Source of the DNA: a virus
Taxonomy: Duplodnaviria > Caudoviricetes
Virus record (IMG/VR): IMGVR_UViG_3300037608_000090
Coordinates: 1 to 43,185 of that record
Reading direction: 5' to 3' (one strand)
Length of the DNA: 43,185 bases
Under the pieces are notes generated by a model. It was not told where the DNA came from and made no database searches. It saw only the letters and a list, made by a program, of their open reading frames with translations. Below are positions 1-10,040 of the stretch, piece by piece (positions within the stretch are counted from its first letter, which is position 1; each line of letters opens with the position of its first letter). A program made the translations under genes and the position numbers.

Positions 1-127
1 TTCCCCCAGCGATTGCAGCGTCGCCTGCGCCAGCGCGATACCCGGCTCGCGCCCGTCCTGACGGGCCGTGTGGTAGTTTTCGCCAAACAGTTGCGAGGCC
101 ATCCCCCCGACCCGCCCGGCGTACGGC
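1..127. repeat. 127-bp terminal direct repeat, copy 1 (circular-contig overlap)
   Basis: Bases 1-127 (ttcccccagc...gtacggc) are identical to 43059-43185, and the reading frame of the giant gene runs straight through the join. Confidence 0.95.
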
Positions 128-1296
128 AGAAATTTCGCCCCCATCCCGACCGCCTTGGCCGCGTTGGCCCCCGTGATATGCCCCATAATGCCCGACAGGA
201 TCAGCGGGACCGTCTCGACGACGCCCTGCACGATCATCTCCGGCCGCCGGATAAACTGCATCGTCGTGCCCACTACCCCCGTGCCAGGCACCAACTGCAT
301 CGCCTTGTCGGGGTTCTCGGCATAGTATTGATCGGCCCCCTCGGCCATCATCCGCCCATAGTCGGCCAGCGATTCGATCTGCCCGATCTCCCCGGCCGCC
401 TCGGCCGTGCCGGCCAGATTCTTCGTCATCCGCACCCCGGCCTGCTCGATCCCGTGGGCCGCCGACTGGCCGACCGTCTTGCGCATCGCCGGCGGCGCAT
501 CGGCGGCGTACCGGCCAAACAGCACCCCTTCAACCGGCCCGACGTGCTTTCGCCCCAGCACCCCGCCCTGAATATCATACTCCCCGATATAGCCGGTCGA
601 ATACCCCAGCCGTTCCTTGAGGTTATCCCAGGTCTTCGTGAACATCCCCGGCTCCGGCCCCGGCCGCAGCACCGGCCCGGCGGAGAACGGGTTCAGCATC
701 CCGATCACCTGATCGTCGCTCATCGCCCGCCCGAACGATTTTTGCACAAACACGTCCCAATGCCGCCGCAGCAGCGGCGTCGCCGTCTCCTCCAGCCCCA
801 GGGCGTCGGCCAGCAGCACCTGCGCCAGCAGCGTCTTTCGGGCGGCGTACGGGTTGGCCGTCTGTTTGGCCGTCGTCTCAAACGCCGCCCGTTCGGACGG
901 CTCCAGCACATCCTCGATATTTTTCCACCCCTCCAGCACCGGCCGCAGCGGCTCCAGCCGCGCCTGCCGCGTCGGCAGCCGACGCCCGAACACCGGATCG
1001 CGGTCTCCCGTCCCCCGCAGGCTCTCGAACGTCGGCACGGTTTTGACCGCGGGCTTTGTCCACAGGTCTTCAAACACCGGAACCGTCTTGACGGCCGCCG
1101 GCGCCGGCGCATCGTCCGCATTCATCATCGCAACGGCCTTGGCCGCCTCCGCTTCACGCCGGGCCAACACCTCTCGCCCGGCCTGCTCGTTCTCTTTTTT
1201 CAGCAGGGATGCGTGGCGGTTCTTTTCCGGGCGACCCGCCCGAATCGCCGCAGGCGTCAACGACACGCCTTCGCGTGATAGATTCAGTTCGCCCAT
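1..1296 (-). CDS. N-terminal part (~398 aa, MGELNLSREGVSLTPAAIR...) of the giant virion/polyvalent protein that continues across the circular join into 43160..36762
   Basis: The ATG at 1296 overlaps the end of the upstream ORF. Manual translation stays open to position 102 (=43160, MASQLFGENY) in the same frame. The ORF track missed it because it runs off the window edge. Confidence 0.85.
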   Translation of the reverse strand, partial: MGELNLSREGVSLTPAAIRAGRPEKNRHASLLKKENEQAGREVLARREAEAAKAVAMMNADDAPAPAAVKTVPVFEDLWTKPAVKTVPTFESLRGTGDRDPVFGRRLPTRQARLEPLRPVLEGWKNIEDVLEPSERAAFETTAKQTANPYAARKTLLAQVLLADALGLEETATPLLRRHWDVFVQKSFGRAMSDDQVIGMLNPFSAGPVLRPGPEPGMFTKTWDNLKERLGYSTGYIGEYDIQGGVLGRKHVGPVEGVLFGRYAADAPPAMRKTVGQSAAHGIEQAGVRMTKNLAGTAEAAGEIGQIESLADYGRMMAEGADQYYAENPDKAMQLVPGTGVVGTTMQFIRRPEMIVQGVVETVPLILSGIMGHITGANAAKAVGMGAKFLPYAGRVGGMASQLFGENYHTARQDGREPGIALAQATLQSLGE

Positions 1297-3077
1297 TTAG
1301 CCACCCACTTTCGATAATAGGCCCTCGCCTCTTTTTCGTCGGCCATCGCCGCCAGCGTCGCCCGGAATTCCTCCGGCGTCGCCGGTTCCCCCGCCGGTTC
1401 GGCCAGCTCGAAGATCGGCCCGTCGCCGCTGTCGATCCCCGCCGCCCGCAGCGTCGCATCCACCATCGACTGTATCTGTGCGGGCTGGCTATCGACGCCG
1501 GCCAGCACCGTCTCCCATGCGGCCTCTTTTTCGTCCTGTTCGGCCGGCCGTACCCCGGCGGCATCGTGATCATTCCATATCCGCACCCCGGCGACGATCT
1601 GCCCGGCCGGTCCCAGCGTCCCGATCAGCCCGGTCGAGAGCCGCCGTTTGACCGTATCCCACAGTCCGGTTTCCACCTCCGGGGCCACCAGTGATTGGTA
1701 CTTGGCCATGATCTCACTGTCGGCCGCCGTCGGGTTGGCGTCCAGCCACCGGGTAAATTCCTTATGCAGCCCGATAAAGAGTTGTGTATTCCGGGTCCGT
1801 TCGGCGTTGTTCAAGTCGTCGGCGTTGGCGTCGGAGGCCCCCCCGACAAAATACGCCGTCTTTCGCAGCAGTTCCATATCCTTGATCAACTGCTGCGCCA
1901 TCAGCGGCCGGGCCGCCTCCGGCGTCTTATCCCGCGCCTTGAGCCGATCCGACAAGCTCTTGGCCGCCTCCGTGCTCAGCCCCTTTCCGGCCAGTGCATA
2001 AATGTCCGCCGTCGTCATCGCCCGCCCCAGGTCGATGGCCTGCAGCACCGCCAGTTCCGTCGCCGGGTCGCTGATCTTGAATCGCAGATTCTCCGCCGTC
2101 TCGGCGGCGTGGTATTTTTCCTGGAACGCCTGCCAGAACCGCTCTTTTTCGTGCTCGTCCAGCGACGTCCCCTGCACCATCCCATAATCGAACAGCACGC
2201 GCTGGCCCGCCTCATCGGCGACGGCGTCATTGAGACCGTCAAACAGCCAGTCGCGGTCTTTCTCCTGCGCGGCGGCCCGTTCTTCGGCGTCGAGGGCCTG
2301 TTGCTGGGCGTGCCAATACGTCAGGTCCCGCAGCATCGCCTGCCGCGTCTCGACCGGCAGCCGCACCACATCCGTCCGTCCGTCAGCGCCCGCCAGCTCG
2401 ATCTCGGGTTTTCCCAGCACGGCCATCGCCTCCTTCAGCGTGATCGACCCGTCCAGCAGCCCCCCCGACAGCGTCTCGGTGATCCGCTCCTGCTGGATCA
2501 TCAGCGCCCCCTTGCTCAGCTCGTTGCGGGCGGCCTCTTCGGTCATCAGCCCCCCCGCCACCGCGGCGCTGTACGCCCGCGACAGGCTGACCGGGTCTTT
2601 ATCCCGGATGGCCGTCTCGGCCTGCGCCCGCGTCGTCTCCGTCAGCCGCTCGCGCTGCCGGGTAAAGCTCACCTGCCGCAGCGTCGCCGCGTACAGCGGC
2701 CCCCGCTGGCCCAGATCGGCCTTCCATTGATCGGCCGCCCGCCCCTTCAGTCCCTTTCCCAACTGCGCCACCATCGCCTCAAAGTCGCCCAGGATCGTCG
2801 CATGGGCGTCCAGGTCCGGCTCCTGCTCCAGCCGGGCCAGCGTGTCCCGATACGCCCCCTCGCGCTGCCCCGTCCGCTCGGCCAGGTCCACCAGCATCCT
2901 CGCCTCGCCCAGCTTGGCCGCCACGTCCGAGACGGCCCCCAGCCCCTCGGCCGCCGACTGCGTCATCCTCGCCGCCGCCGCCCCGGCCCCCGTGTTCAGG
3001 GCCGCCGCGTCCGCGCGTACCCCGCCGACCGACCCGGCCGCCCGCTGCTGACTTTTATAGATGGTCAATCCCGCCAT
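1284..3077 (-). CDS. putative internal virion (ejection) protein, 597 aa
   Basis: Long alanine-rich helical ORF between the small internal protein and the giant protein, the position of podovirus core proteins; RBS (GGAG) upstream. Confidence 0.65.
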   Translation of the reverse strand: MAGLTIYKSQQRAAGSVGGVRADAAALNTGAGAAAARMTQSAAEGLGAVSDVAAKLGEARMLVDLAERTGQREGAYRDTLARLEQEPDLDAHATILGDFEAMVAQLGKGLKGRAADQWKADLGQRGPLYAATLRQVSFTRQRERLTETTRAQAETAIRDKDPVSLSRAYSAAVAGGLMTEEAARNELSKGALMIQQERITETLSGGLLDGSITLKEAMAVLGKPEIELAGADGRTDVVRLPVETRQAMLRDLTYWHAQQQALDAEERAAAQEKDRDWLFDGLNDAVADEAGQRVLFDYGMVQGTSLDEHEKERFWQAFQEKYHAAETAENLRFKISDPATELAVLQAIDLGRAMTTADIYALAGKGLSTEAAKSLSDRLKARDKTPEAARPLMAQQLIKDMELLRKTAYFVGGASDANADDLNNAERTRNTQLFIGLHKEFTRWLDANPTAADSEIMAKYQSLVAPEVETGLWDTVKRRLSTGLIGTLGPAGQIVAGVRIWNDHDAAGVRPAEQDEKEAAWETVLAGVDSQPAQIQSMVDATLRAAGIDSGDGPIFELAEPAGEPATPEEFRATLAAMADEKEARAYYRKWVAKWAN

Positions 3078-3113
3078 GTGGACTCCTGACTTCTGGCCTC
3101 TGATTCGGAGACA

Positions 3114-3683
3114 TCAATATTGATGATACCCGCCCGTGCCCGGGCTTCCCATTTTGGGTTTCGCCGGTTGCTTCTTCGGCCACAGGCCCATGTCGTAGCC
3201 CATGCCGTAGGTTCGCGCCGCCCCCGTCAGCAGCGTCGCCCCGGCCCCGACCGTCCCGGCCCGTGCGGCGTTCTTGCCGCGGGCCTTGGCCGCCTGCCCC
3301 TCCAGCCGCTCCATCGTCGCCCGCTTTTGCCACAGGTCGGCCTCGATCAGGTCATTGCCGAAGGCCGTCTGAATATCCTTTTCAAGCTGCCCAGCCGTCT
3401 CGCCGGCCAGCGCCAGCAGCGACCCGCCCGCCCCGCCGCCCTCGGCCAGAAAGGCCCGGTTCTCCGCCGTGATGGCCTCGGCCCGACGCCGGTTCTCGCG
3501 GGCCGCCGTGCGGGCGTTGTCCTGCCCGGCCGCCGCCGTCATCTCCGCCTCTTTGGCGTTCCGGTCGGCCACCTTGGAGGCAAACTTGCCCTCCGCCTTG
3601 GCCGCCTGCCCGGCCTGATACTGGCCATAGGCCGCCGTCCCCGCCCCCAGGATCGCCGACGCCACTGCCACTTCAACACCCAT
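3114..3683 (-). CDS. small internal virion protein (T7 gp14-like position), ~189 aa
   Basis: Starts MGVEVAVASAILGAGTAAYGQYQAG with a GGAGG RBS at ~3690-3695. Gly/Ala hydrophobic N-terminus, helical middle and GAGATLLTG C-terminus fit podophage ejection proteins. Confidence 0.7.
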   Translation of the reverse strand: MGVEVAVASAILGAGTAAYGQYQAGQAAKAEGKFASKVADRNAKEAEMTAAAGQDNARTAARENRRRAEAITAENRAFLAEGGGAGGSLLALAGETAGQLEKDIQTAFGNDLIEADLWQKRATMERLEGQAAKARGKNAARAGTVGAGATLLTGAARTYGMGYDMGLWPKKQPAKPKMGSPGTGGYHQY

Positions 3684-3865
3684 TAGTGACCTCCTGTTGA
3701 TTTGTCGTAGTAATCGGCCGCAAATCGCAGGGCAAAGGCCTCCTTGCCCAGATAGCACTCCCAGCACTTGCCGTCGCCGTTGACCCGGACCGCCGCAAAG
3801 CGGTCCGTATGGCCCGTGCAGCGATGGCCGGCGGGGGTGTTGGGTTTTGCATTACCGAGTCCCAT
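3683..3865 (-). CDS. small hypothetical protein (60 aa, CWEC motif)
   Basis: Fills the gap between the GNAT and internal-protein genes; its stop overlaps the next ATG (TAATG). Confidence 0.4.
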   Translation of the reverse strand: MGLGNAKPNTPAGHRCTGHTDRFAAVRVNGDGKCWECYLGKEAFALRFAADYYDKSTGGH

Positions 3866-3889
3866 GGTTCGTTCATCCGTGAGTTAACC

Positions 3890-4342
3890 TTAAACATCAT
3901 ACAGCCGCGCCCAGATCGCCGCGTCGCAGCCGTCCACACAATACCGCCGCATCAGCCCCTCGCGGGTAAAGCCCAGGTGTCGCAGCCAACTGTCCGGCAG
4001 ATCCGTCCGCAGCGTCGCCTGCACCCGCCGCAGCCCGTACTCGCGGGCCGCCGAATCCATGGCCCGCCGGCACGTGCACAGCATCGTCCGCCGGTAGGCC
4101 GCCGTCCAGTCGGCAAACACGCTCCAGGCCTCCGCCGTCCCCGGCCACAGGATCACCATCCCCCCGCACCCGGCCACGCGCCCCTCGATCAGCCCCGTCC
4201 AGGCCGGCCCGGACGCCGCCGTCAGGGCCTTGGCCCAGTCGATCAGGTTGGCCCCGACATCGATGGTCTCTCGCAGGCTCTCGGCGTCGGCCGCCTCGAA
4301 CGGCCGCATCAAAAACCCCTTTGTCCGTATCCGGTCATTCAC
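3890..4342 (-). CDS. GNAT-family acetyltransferase-like protein
   Basis: GNAT-like pattern (VAGCGG...AEAW...LRRVQATL...WLRHLGFTREGLMRRY), directly after the nozzle gene as in many podophages. Confidence 0.75.
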   Translation of the reverse strand: MNDRIRTKGFLMRPFEAADAESLRETIDVGANLIDWAKALTAASGPAWTGLIEGRVAGCGGMVILWPGTAEAWSVFADWTAAYRRTMLCTCRRAMDSAAREYGLRRVQATLRTDLPDSWLRHLGFTREGLMRRYCVDGCDAAIWARLYDV

Positions 4343-4384
4343 AAAAAAACTCCCAATTAAAAATTAAGAATTAAAAATTCAAAA

Positions 4385-7300
4385 TTAACTCTCCACGCCC
4401 ATCTTCGGCTCGATGCTCAAAATACACATTGGCAGCGGCTCATCCTGCACCACGTACAACTCGCCGCGCAGGGCATACCCGCCGGTAAAGGCAATGCGCT
4501 TCAGGCCCGTGTACAGCCCCGGCGGCCGGTTCATCGCCGCCGCCATCGCCTGAAAATCCACCACCTCCAACTGGTCCAGCCGCGCCCCGATCTTCAGGCC
4601 CAGCGACCGGTGCAGGTGCACGATCAATTCGTAGATCCGCTGTTTGTAGCCCGGCGAGCTGCCGCTGTTCGTGGGGATCTCAAACGGCATCGGCGACAGG
4701 ACTGACCGATACCCCAGCCCGACATGCACGGTGTTGGCCTCTTTGCCGTAGGGCAGCGTGATCGACCCGTCCGTCACGATCATCTCGGGGATCACCCCGC
4801 CGTCGGCCAGGATGGACACCGCCCGCCCCTCCAGATGCTCCAGTCCCCCCAACACCGACGCCACCCGCTCGACCGTCCCGCCGCCGCTCCATCCGGCCAA
4901 CCCCTGCCCGTCGATGTAGTCGGTATTATGGCGGTCCTTCAGGCGAAACGTCTCGTCCGTGCAGTCGGCGGCAAAGACCTGATGGTCCAGCCAGCCGGCC
5001 GTCCCCATCCCCGTCAGCCGCACCAGGTTCCCGTCGATCAGCCCATGCCCCGGCGCCGTGATCGTCACCCGCGTCGTGCCGCCGCCAGCCAATATCGCAA
5101 CCTCTTCGCTCGTCAAGGCCCGGTCAAACAGCAGCACCGTGTCCAGGTCCCCGTCCAGCGACACCACCCCGCCCGCCGCCGACAGATTGCCCAGGATCAG
5201 GTCCCCGTCGCTGACCAGATCGACCGCCGCCCCGGCGGAAATATCGGCCGACGACTCCGCATGCCCGTTGACATACAGCGTCATCTCCCCGTCCCGATCC
5301 AGCGTCAGGGCAATATGAACCCATTCATCGGCGACAAATTCCGTCGCCGAGCTGACCGCCCATTGCAGGTCCTCTCCATAATTGACCACGGAGAAATGGA
5401 ATTTATGATTGTCGAGAAACCATCCGACCCACGACGACTCTGCGGCATCCCCGGTCTTATGAAACGCAATATTCATGTACGTCGTAAACCCGCGCGGACG
5501 GACAAAGAACGCGATAGAGTGATCGCCCGTGCCAATATTCAGGGCCGCCGCATCCGGGATGAGGACATGGTCCGTCGCCGCCGTAAACCGCACCGCCCCG
5601 CCGGACACGCCGTCAATCCGCGTCGCCCCGCTGAGGGTGCCGGGATTGTCGCCGCCGCTGCTGTCCAGGGCGATGTCCCCGTCCGCCTCGTCAAAGGCCC
5701 AGTGCCCCGTCGCCCCCGCGACCTCGCCCGGTGCGCCGCCCTCCAGTGTAATATCCGCGATGGCCGTCGCGGCACCGCCGTCAAACGTCAGCCCGCAATC
5801 GACAAAAAAGCAGTCCTTTTGTTCAGCAAACGCCTGCGGGGCCATGACCTCGATGAACCGCCGGGTTGTGCCCTCCACCTGCCGGGCCACCGCCCAGAAG
5901 ACGACATCCTCTCCCCCGTCGCCGGGGATGACCGCGACGCTGTCGATCTGTCCGTCCGTCTCGATCCGCGTCCATCCGATGACATTCTGCCGGCGTTCGT
6001 ACCCCATCACCGCCAGCCCCCCATCGCCCAGCACGCACCACACCCGCGAATCGGGGGCGGCCTGGTAGGCCATCTCGACAATCCCCGCCGCGGTCATATC
6101 CTCGCTCAGGAGCGTCAGGTCCGCCGCCGAATAGCCGTCCTTTTCAAACACATACGACATCTCCCGCAGCTTGCGTCCGTCCCGCGCCGCAAACAGCACC
6201 ACATCCTCGCACACCACCGGTGCAATCGCCCGCGACCCGTAGGCCGACTGGCGGCTGCTCTCGATATTCTTGCCCGACATCGGGTCATTGGCATTGATCT
6301 TGCGGAGGTCATGTTCCGACCCTTCCGTCCCCGCCAGCAGGCTGCCCTGATCGGCCAGCCAGAGGATCGGGTTCTGCCGCGCGTCAGTCAGCGGATACAC
6401 GATGGCGTCGTCGGCCTCAAGGCCGTCGGCCATGCTGTCGTAATCGCCCGCCCGCGTCGCCCATACCCCCGTGGGTTGATGCGCGGTGCCGGCCCACCAC
6501 ACCCGGCCTTGGGTCAGCCCCACCGCCCGCGGCCAGCCGCGCCGGGTGCTCCATGCCCCCTCCCGCCAGTCCGACGTCGCCGTCGCGGCGTGCGGGCTTT
6601 TGAGCACCGTGCAGACGGCATGCCGCGCATCGGTAACCGCCGTCACCCGCACGATCCCCCGGATCTCCTTGGCCGCCACCGTCAGGGTCCAGTAGATCTT
6701 ATTGGCCTGCCAGACAAACACCACCCGGTACTGGATGCCCGGCTCTTTTTCTTCCCCTGTCGCCGCGACATTGCGCGTCCCGACGCTGTCCACGATCTGC
6801 GAGGTGAACGTCCGATGCGCCTGCCAGGTGGCCCCGCCGTCGGCGCTCCGCTCGATCGTCAGTTTCTGCGCCCAGTGGCCGTGGGTGATCAGTTCCCAAC
6901 TGCCATAGACCGCAAAGGCGTCCGAGGTGGCGTTGGCCTCGTGTGCGCCGCCGTAGTAGGCCTCCGGCCGCAGGTGCCGCAGTTCGAACAGCCCGCCGAC
7001 ATTGCCCGCCGTAAACACATCCCCGCCCGTCGCCGTCAGGGCCACCCCCGTCGCCCCCGCCGTCGTCGCCCCGACCGCCAGCGTGACCGCCGGGTCGATA
7101 TTGTCGTCAAGGAACGGACCGTCCGGGTAGTCCTTTTGCGTCAGCCGCCAGTCGGTATGCCCATACCGCCGCAGCTCGCGTGGGGCCTGCCCGGCGCAGG
7201 CGATATACATCACATCATTGCTCTGCTCGACCTGGAGCAGCCGCAGGTCCGCCGCCGCGTAGGGCGTCTCGATGGCGTAAGGCGCATCGCCGTCCATCAC

Positions 7301-7588
7301 GATCCCCGCCGCCGTCGCAACCCGCAGCGTCAGATGGCCGAACTCCAGCACATACCGCTGCGTCGCCGAAAAGACGAACGGGATCAGCCGGCTGGCCGTC
7401 GCATCGGCGGCGGCCGCCGCCGCCAGCCGCGTCCCCGGCCGCCGCATCGCTGGCCCTTGCGGCCGCGTCAGGACGTTTTCGGCCAGCAGGCACCCGGCCG
7501 CGTATTTTTCCAGGTCCGTCCGTCCGGCCAGCAGCCCGGACAACTGCCCGGCGTTGAACGCGCGGGCCTTGGGTTTGACATTGAACAT
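4385..7588 (-). CDS. tail tubular protein B / nozzle (T7 gp12-like) with an inserted LamG (concanavalin-like) domain, 1067 aa
   Basis: N-terminal FNAGQLS...RTDLEKY...RRPGT, EQSNDVMY, GWPRAV and C-terminal VHVGLGY...QDEPLPMCILSI motifs; LamG-like segment at ~5090-5715 (GHWAFDE...WVHIALT...LYVNG...LDTVLLFDRALT). Confidence 0.85.
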   Translation of the reverse strand: MFNVKPKARAFNAGQLSGLLAGRTDLEKYAAGCLLAENVLTRPQGPAMRRPGTRLAAAAAADATASRLIPFVFSATQRYVLEFGHLTLRVATAAGIVMDGDAPYAIETPYAAADLRLLQVEQSNDVMYIACAGQAPRELRRYGHTDWRLTQKDYPDGPFLDDNIDPAVTLAVGATTAGATGVALTATGGDVFTAGNVGGLFELRHLRPEAYYGGAHEANATSDAFAVYGSWELITHGHWAQKLTIERSADGGATWQAHRTFTSQIVDSVGTRNVAATGEEKEPGIQYRVVFVWQANKIYWTLTVAAKEIRGIVRVTAVTDARHAVCTVLKSPHAATATSDWREGAWSTRRGWPRAVGLTQGRVWWAGTAHQPTGVWATRAGDYDSMADGLEADDAIVYPLTDARQNPILWLADQGSLLAGTEGSEHDLRKINANDPMSGKNIESSRQSAYGSRAIAPVVCEDVVLFAARDGRKLREMSYVFEKDGYSAADLTLLSEDMTAAGIVEMAYQAAPDSRVWCVLGDGGLAVMGYERRQNVIGWTRIETDGQIDSVAVIPGDGGEDVVFWAVARQVEGTTRRFIEVMAPQAFAEQKDCFFVDCGLTFDGGAATAIADITLEGGAPGEVAGATGHWAFDEADGDIALDSSGGDNPGTLSGATRIDGVSGGAVRFTAATDHVLIPDAAALNIGTGDHSIAFFVRPRGFTTYMNIAFHKTGDAAESSWVGWFLDNHKFHFSVVNYGEDLQWAVSSATEFVADEWVHIALTLDRDGEMTLYVNGHAESSADISAGAAVDLVSDGDLILGNLSAAGGVVSLDGDLDTVLLFDRALTSEEVAILAGGGTTRVTITAPGHGLIDGNLVRLTGMGTAGWLDHQVFAADCTDETFRLKDRHNTDYIDGQGLAGWSGGGTVERVASVLGGLEHLEGRAVSILADGGVIPEMIVTDGSITLPYGKEANTVHVGLGYRSVLSPMPFEIPTNSGSSPGYKQRIYELIVHLHRSLGLKIGARLDQLEVVDFQAMAAAMNRPPGLYTGLKRIAFTGGYALRGELYVVQDEPLPMCILSIEPKMGVES

Positions 7589-7600
7589 GGCGTCCCTTGC

Positions 7601-7975
7601 CTATTTGACGCGGCCGCGGCTGTCCACCGGCACGCCGGACGGGTCGAACACATGCTTGCTCTCCAGGTCCAGCAGCCCGCCGCCGTCGATGGCCGCGGTA
7701 TTGGTCCCGGCATAGAAGAGGCAGTCGATCACCCGCACCCCCGGCGTAAGGGCCTTGATCGCCGCGATCATCGCATCGGTCAGGGTCCAGGCGTTGCTGA
7801 TGGCGTCCTTGTTGTCCAGGCTCAAGAGCGTATCGGCGATCACCAGCCCTTCCGTCGCCCGATCCACCCACGCCGTCGGCGCCCCGTCCACAAATTTCAA
7901 TAAAAGCGTCCCCCGCTGGAATTGCGCCTTGAGCGGGTTGGCCCAGTTTTTACTGGTACTGTTATAGATGTTCAT
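7601..7975 (-). CDS. hypothetical protein (124 aa), tail region
   Basis: Clean ORF with a GGAG RBS between the tailspike and nozzle genes. Confidence 0.6.
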   Translation of the reverse strand: MNIYNSTSKNWANPLKAQFQRGTLLLKFVDGAPTAWVDRATEGLVIADTLLSLDNKDAISNAWTLTDAMIAAIKALTPGVRVIDCLFYAGTNTAAIDGGGLLDLESKHVFDPSGVPVDSRGRVK

Positions 7976-7997
7976 AGTTGTCTCCGAATTTTACGGG

Positions 7998-10040
7998 TTA
8001 AGCTTCGGCAGTGATCGTTCCGATAGCGTTTGTCATTTCCCATTTTCCCGCAACGATACATTCCAGGTCAAATCCCTCACCTGGTGCATCGGCCCACACA
8101 TATTTCCCGGGGGCCTGCTGGACACCTGCGATGGCGATGGTTTCAGTGCCTTCCGGGTCCACCCGCATCTGCTGGGCGGCCGTGACACGGAATTTGTACT
8201 TGCGCCCCGGCTTGGCCTTGGGCAGCGTGAATGTGACCGCCGCTCCAGCTCCGGTATTAGTGAACACCTGGCCGTTCGAGAAATAACGGCATGTCGTCGC
8301 CGCGGTTCGGGCAATCGGCGTTTCATCGATTCTGCCGCTGAAGTCCACCGCCTCGCTGGTGGAGAGCGACCGAATACGATTCGTGTAGTTCGGCCCAACA
8401 TAATTATCATACTCGCGGACAATACTGCCCGCGGTAATACCGGACCCCAACAGGATCGCCGCCGCCGTCGCCTGGCCGTCAAGATAATTATTATGGATAT
8501 TAATCTCCGTTCCGGCGTTGACACACACGGCCTGCCCGCTGCCGCCGTGAGTCATGTTTGGAGATCCATCAGCGTTGAATCCGTAAAATAAAGTTGCCGT
8601 TAAGGTTTGGGTATTGGTCCCGCCGCCAACATTGACCGCTGACGTTGCCAGTGTAAAAAGCGTCCCGGCAGTGTCGGCTTTCAAGACCACCTTAAGATCG
8701 TCTTCAGTCGCCGTCACCTCCGTCCAGGGGGCCGTGGCCGCGGCTTTGGCTGCTGCTGCCGCCGCCTGCAATCCTTCGGCTGCATTTTTAACCGTCGCCG
8801 CCGTGGCGACAAACGTAATTTCGTGGGATACGCCGGCAATGGTCAGCGTAATTCCAAACGTGTCGCCGATCTCAACGTTGGCGGGGGTCACATGCGAGAT
8901 TTGGGCCACCGGAGCGATATTAATCCAACTATAAGTTGTCAGGTCAACGGCGCCGACCGGGTACGTTCCCACAGCCACGCCTCCCTGCGCCGTCAAGTAG
9001 ACCTCGTCTCCGGCTACAATCCCCTCAAACGGCCGCGATCCGGCCTTTGATAAATTCCATTCACCATTGGCATTACCCGTCAAATCAAAGGGGCAGGCGG
9101 CCAAATATAAATTTTTCACATGATTGGCAAAAAGGTCAATGTGTTTCGGTTGCCGCGTGCTGCCCCCCGTGGTTCCAACCCAAATCCCTGTCGCCCCCGT
9201 CACCTCGGTTCCGGATGTTTTCATGCCGCACCCGACTATATGGTTTCCATAGACAGAGATATGCTCGGAAGGAAAGTATTTTTCGGCGGCATCAACCTTG
9301 GCACCGGAAATGCCGATTCCGCCCCATCCACACCCGCGAATCCAGTTATCGTGCACCGATGTAAATGGTGCCGACTGGATATTGATACCAAACCCAAGTG
9401 ACCCGCCGTTCGGATTATTATTGCCGCATTGTTCAATATGATTATTGTAAATGTCTCCGAATCGGCAGAACGCCAGGGTGATTCCTGCCCATGCCCCGTT
9501 TTTGCAGATGCAGTTTCGGACGGTGATATATTCCGAGTAATCAATGCAGATGTTCTCCGCCTCACCATCTTCGGTGACAATCCCTTCGATCAGGATATTA
9601 TTGGACAGCGTAATATCATCCGGATTGCCGTTAATAAAGATGCACTTATCAAACGCAGTCGCAGGATTCCCGATGTTGTTATTTTTAATCCGGAAATCCC
9701 TCAAGGTGATATTGAAGTTCGGGCCGAATTGATACACCATGCAATAGTTGTTATTAGTTGCCGTTACGCGATTGAGGATCGTCGTCGGCCCTTGCCCGGA
9801 GAACACCAGATTGTCAGCTCCGACATTGATCGCCGCCGTGATGTTAAAGGTTCCGGACGAGAGTGTCACATAAGGATTTCCGGCAATGGCCGCATTGATC
9901 TTCACTTGATCATCAACCCCGTCACAAATATAGCGAGCCGACGACTTTTCAAACGCAGGTGCATCCGCCGCTGCGATTAATGCGGTGACGCCTGCAGATG
10001 AATAATGACCAAATCGACTTGATAGTGCTCCGTAGCTCAT
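7998..10040 (-). CDS. tailspike / right-handed parallel beta-helix (pectate-lyase-like) receptor-binding protein, 680 aa
   Basis: CDGVDDQVKINAAI...LSSGTFNI...GQGPTTIL leader followed by Asn/Ile/Gly beta-helix repeats (IYNNHIEQC, VHDNWIRGC, VYGNHIVGC); lower GC than its neighbours. Confidence 0.8.
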   Translation of the reverse strand: MSYGALSSRFGHYSSAGVTALIAAADAPAFEKSSARYICDGVDDQVKINAAIAGNPYVTLSSGTFNITAAINVGADNLVFSGQGPTTILNRVTATNNNYCMVYQFGPNFNITLRDFRIKNNNIGNPATAFDKCIFINGNPDDITLSNNILIEGIVTEDGEAENICIDYSEYITVRNCICKNGAWAGITLAFCRFGDIYNNHIEQCGNNNPNGGSLGFGINIQSAPFTSVHDNWIRGCGWGGIGISGAKVDAAEKYFPSEHISVYGNHIVGCGMKTSGTEVTGATGIWVGTTGGSTRQPKHIDLFANHVKNLYLAACPFDLTGNANGEWNLSKAGSRPFEGIVAGDEVYLTAQGGVAVGTYPVGAVDLTTYSWINIAPVAQISHVTPANVEIGDTFGITLTIAGVSHEITFVATAATVKNAAEGLQAAAAAAKAAATAPWTEVTATEDDLKVVLKADTAGTLFTLATSAVNVGGGTNTQTLTATLFYGFNADGSPNMTHGGSGQAVCVNAGTEINIHNNYLDGQATAAAILLGSGITAGSIVREYDNYVGPNYTNRIRSLSTSEAVDFSGRIDETPIARTAATTCRYFSNGQVFTNTGAGAAVTFTLPKAKPGRKYKFRVTAAQQMRVDPEGTETIAIAGVQQAPGKYVWADAPGEGFDLECIVAGKWEMTNAIGTITAEA

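Noticed and set aside
1-127. Terminal repeat as a biological direct terminal repeat (DTR)
   Set aside because: The length equals a common assembler k-mer (127) and it falls mid-gene, so it is treated as a circularisation overlap.
4724-7903. 1059-aa plus-strand ORF and similar long antisense ORFs (13..1278, 15962..17743, 26953..28374, 29280..31316, 37242..38891)
   Set aside because: Arg/Pro/His-rich shadow frames opposite well-supported genes, as expected from high GC at third codon positions.
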